A stretch of DNA of 64,000 bases from contig CAWCND010000009.1 of the NCBI GenBank assembly GCA_963796835.1, forward strand, positions 38,859 to 102,858, read 5' to 3'. Below the pieces are notes generated by a model. That model was not told where the DNA came from and made no database searches. It saw only the letters and a list, made by a program, of their open reading frames with translations. This document shows positions 62,852-64,000 of the stretch, in pieces. Source of the DNA: Candidatus Aminicenantes bacterium. Its GTDB lineage: Bacteria; Acidobacteriota; Aminicenantia; Aminicenantales; Saccharicenantaceae. Numbering within the stretch: the first letter of the stretch is position 1; each line of letters starts with the position of its first letter. A program made the translations under genes and the position numbers.

Positions 62852-62882
62852 AAAAAACGGGTTTCCTTTCTCCCGTTTTTTT
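62852..62882. terminator. Bidirectional rho-independent terminator (AAAAAACGGG...CCCGTTTTTTT)
   Basis: An A-run precedes and a T-run follows the hairpin, in the convergent intergenic region. Confidence 0.55.
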
Positions 62883-63348
62883 CCGAGCCTCCGCACTCTG
62901 TTGAATTTTGCTCAGACATCCTCGCCGCCCTCATGGGAGGGAATACCCAAGAGAGGTTTCCTCCCATGAGGATTCCCTCGAAAAACGGTTCGGAGAGGCT
63001 AAACCGCGCATGACGTTCCGGCCAATCCCCGAAAGCCCTCTTTAGCAGGGCACCGGCGGTCGGTCCCGTCGGTCGAACCCTCCAGAATTGTTGTCAAAAG
63101 GAATAGCCGGACGCAGGGGGGATGTCCCGGAGAAAACATTGAGCGCGACGCGGGCACGGTCCCTCGCCCCTTGGGCGAGGGGAGCGGAGCGATCACAGAG
63201 TGGGATTCCTCGCTGGGGAATCCCACGTTTTTCGGAGGGACTCTCCCCGAGTCCGCGACCTCGAGAAGGGAGGCCATTTCCCGAGGCCCTGAGATGGGAC
63301 ATGCCGGGACAGGACCCGTCCGGCCTTTTCGCCATCTGATAGGCCGGC

Positions 63349-64000
63349 CTATTTGGCGCCGGCCCAGTTGGGGCCCCAGCCGAGGCGGACCTTGAGGGGA
63401 ACCCTGAGGTCGCAGACGCTCTCCATGCGGTCCCTGACGATTTTTTCGACCTCGGCCGTTTCGGCGCTCGGGACCTCGAAAACAAGCTCGTCGTGGACCT
63501 GGAGGATCATCCGCGTCCGGAGCCTGCGGGCCCGCAGATCGTCCCAGATCCGGAGCATGGCGACCTTGATAAGGTCGGCCGCCGAACCCTGGATGGGCAT
63601 GTTGAGGGCGATACGGCGGCCTGCCTGCTGGGTCATCTTATCGGACTGGCGGAGCTCGGGGACCTGGCGCTGCCGGCCGAAGATCGTCTCCGAGTATCCC
63701 CGGTCCTTCGCTTCCGCGACGATCCGGTCGAGGTAGTTCCGGACGAGCGGGTGCTTGTCGAAATAACGGTCGATGAATCTCTGGGCCTCCACCGTCGAGG
63801 TCTGCGAGCTCCTTGGCCAGCGAGAAGGCGGAGGTCCCGTAGATGATGCTGAAATTGATGACCTTGGCCCGCCGTCTCATCTCTTCTGCCGGGAGCCCCG
63901 CCTCGCCGGCGAAGACGAGCCGGGCCGTCTCGTCATGGACGTCCCGGTCCGTCGAGGAACGTTTCGATCAGGGCCGGGTCCTCCGAGAGATGGGCCAGGA
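63349..64000 (-). CDS. polA: DNA polymerase I, C-terminal polymerase domain (gene continues beyond the window; frameshifted)
   Basis: RRRAKVINFSIIYG.SAF (motif B) and LQVHDELVFEV (motif C) are present. Confidence 0.85.

Noticed and set aside
62883-63348. tmRNA suggested by a UUCUGGAGGGUUCGACCGACGGGA segment on the minus strand resembling the tmRNA 5' UUCUGGAUUCGACGGGA
   Set aside because: No GGGG acceptor start, no downstream tag reading frame ending in a stop with alanine-rich codons, and no T-arm/CCA 3' end. The resemblance is limited to ~17 nt.
1-64000. CRISPR arrays, restriction-modification, toxin-antitoxin or phage-defence islands
   Set aside because: No regularly spaced direct repeats, no cas/RM/abortive-infection gene signatures, and no integrase or transposase ORFs were found. 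The only repeats are the two small non-autonomous families described above.

Overview
This is a 64 kb chromosomal segment of a high-GC bacterium (about 65% GC), covering the replication-origin neighbourhood and dominated by housekeeping genes. On the minus strand it carries the classic rpmH-rnpA-yidD-yidC-jag-mnmE-mnmG-parA-parB cluster followed by a bactofilin gene, then pyrG, manB/manC and two tandem M16 peptidases. Downstream lie carD, a CorC/CNNM transporter, smpB, pdxA, a divergent Hfq-like gene, a MacA-MacB-TolC efflux system and an envelope-stress module (ECF sigma factor, ZAS anti-sigma factor, LTXXQ periplasmic protein). After that come yacL-ispD-ispF, radA, mlaE-mlaF-mlaD, dnaB, rplI-rpsR-rpsF, pth, rplY, prs, tRNA-Gln and ispE, followed by a LolB-like lipoprotein, a fused AmmeMemoRadiSam B+A protein, fmdB, gmhB, rel and rpmB. 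dnaA-dnaN carry a predicted oriC (DnaA-box cluster plus an AT-rich unwinding element between the two genes). They abut an 11-subunit complex-I-like group 4 [NiFe] hydrogenase operon (nuoN/L/M/J/K/A/B/C/D/H/I homologues plus a HycI protease). A tandem-GNAT gene and the 3' end of polA close the window. The most unusual features are the following. (1) A roughly 210 bp hairpin-rich MITE-like element is inserted in-frame inside ispE; a second, longer copy lies 2 kb away with its central ~95 bp segment inverted between 8-9 bp inverted repeats (GGTTACTA/TAGTAACC). (2) A second small repeat family (CCAGAAGTGCGGCTCCG...CCGCCACACTTCTG) occurs in two intergenic regions, one of them followed by a terminator and a long, highly structured non-coding stretch. 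(3) The hydrogenase operon contains a 540 bp apparently non-coding gap. Nearly every long gene is broken by single-nucleotide frameshifts; this looks like assembly or sequencing indel error rather than genuine pseudogenes.
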